This document shows positions 63,743-64,000 of a DNA stretch of 64,000 nt, one piece after another. Below the pieces are notes generated by a model. The model made no database searches. It saw only the letters and a list, made by a program, of their open reading frames with translations, and was not told the DNA's origin. Within the stretch, counting starts at the first letter, position 1; each line of letters starts with the position of its first letter. Source of the DNA: Rozella allomycis CSF55 (lineage: Eukaryota); NCBI GenBank assembly GCA_000442015.1, contig KE560907.1, positions 1 through 64,000 of the forward strand, in the 5' to 3' direction. Both the position numbers and the translations under genes were made by a program.

Positions 63743-64000
63743 TTTTTACACGCACTATATGACATTTTGACCAATTAAGATTGAACATATAAACTGTAAT
63801 TAATATCCAATAATAAACCGTTAACAATATCGCAGAAAATTTTGTTTCTAAATCCTATTGTGTGGCTAAGCCCAAAAATTAGGGTGATGTCGTTAATGTA
63901 CATATTTAATCGTGACAAGAGATCCGAACCCTGCCAAGCGATCGAACTTATTGATTTGAAATCTTCTTTGGGCACCTCATTGCTATTTGCTGGGTACATA

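Noticed and set aside
63775-63999. Minus-strand ORF at the window edge
   Set aside because: Truncated by the window, with no recognisable motif.

Overview
Gene-dense, AT-rich eukaryotic DNA, not prokaryotic: about 40 protein-coding genes, very short intergenic gaps, and spliceosomal introns of almost uniform size (about 26-31 nt). Fungal-type housekeeping genes (Sec7, Sec2, Ies6, Rtt103, Ima1, Pex6, Mcm6, Uba2, Rbx1) occur together with axonemal genes (WDR78-like dynein intermediate chain, RSPH1-like MORN protein). This points to a flagellated early-diverging fungus such as Rozella/Cryptomycota (inference). Single-N joins flanked by near-identical copies look like unmerged haplotypes of a heterozygous assembly. 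The main finding is in the Sec7 gene. Every long intron there (55, 146, 118, 176 and 148 nt) is an exact back-to-back stack of 2-6 complete GT...AG mini-introns of 26-31 nt with no exonic bases between them. This suggests recursive or zero-length-exon splicing by a length-measuring spliceosome, with stacks that grow by unit duplication and differ between haplotypes. Other notable items: a GT-TG intron at the standard length, kb-scale G-rich to C-rich strand-skew flips inside long genes, a receptor-like kinase with a Pmp-like beta-helix ectodomain, and a zinc-finger insertion in Sec7. No rRNA, tRNA, CRISPR array or intact transposon was recognised. All gene calls come from reading motifs by eye; no database search was run.
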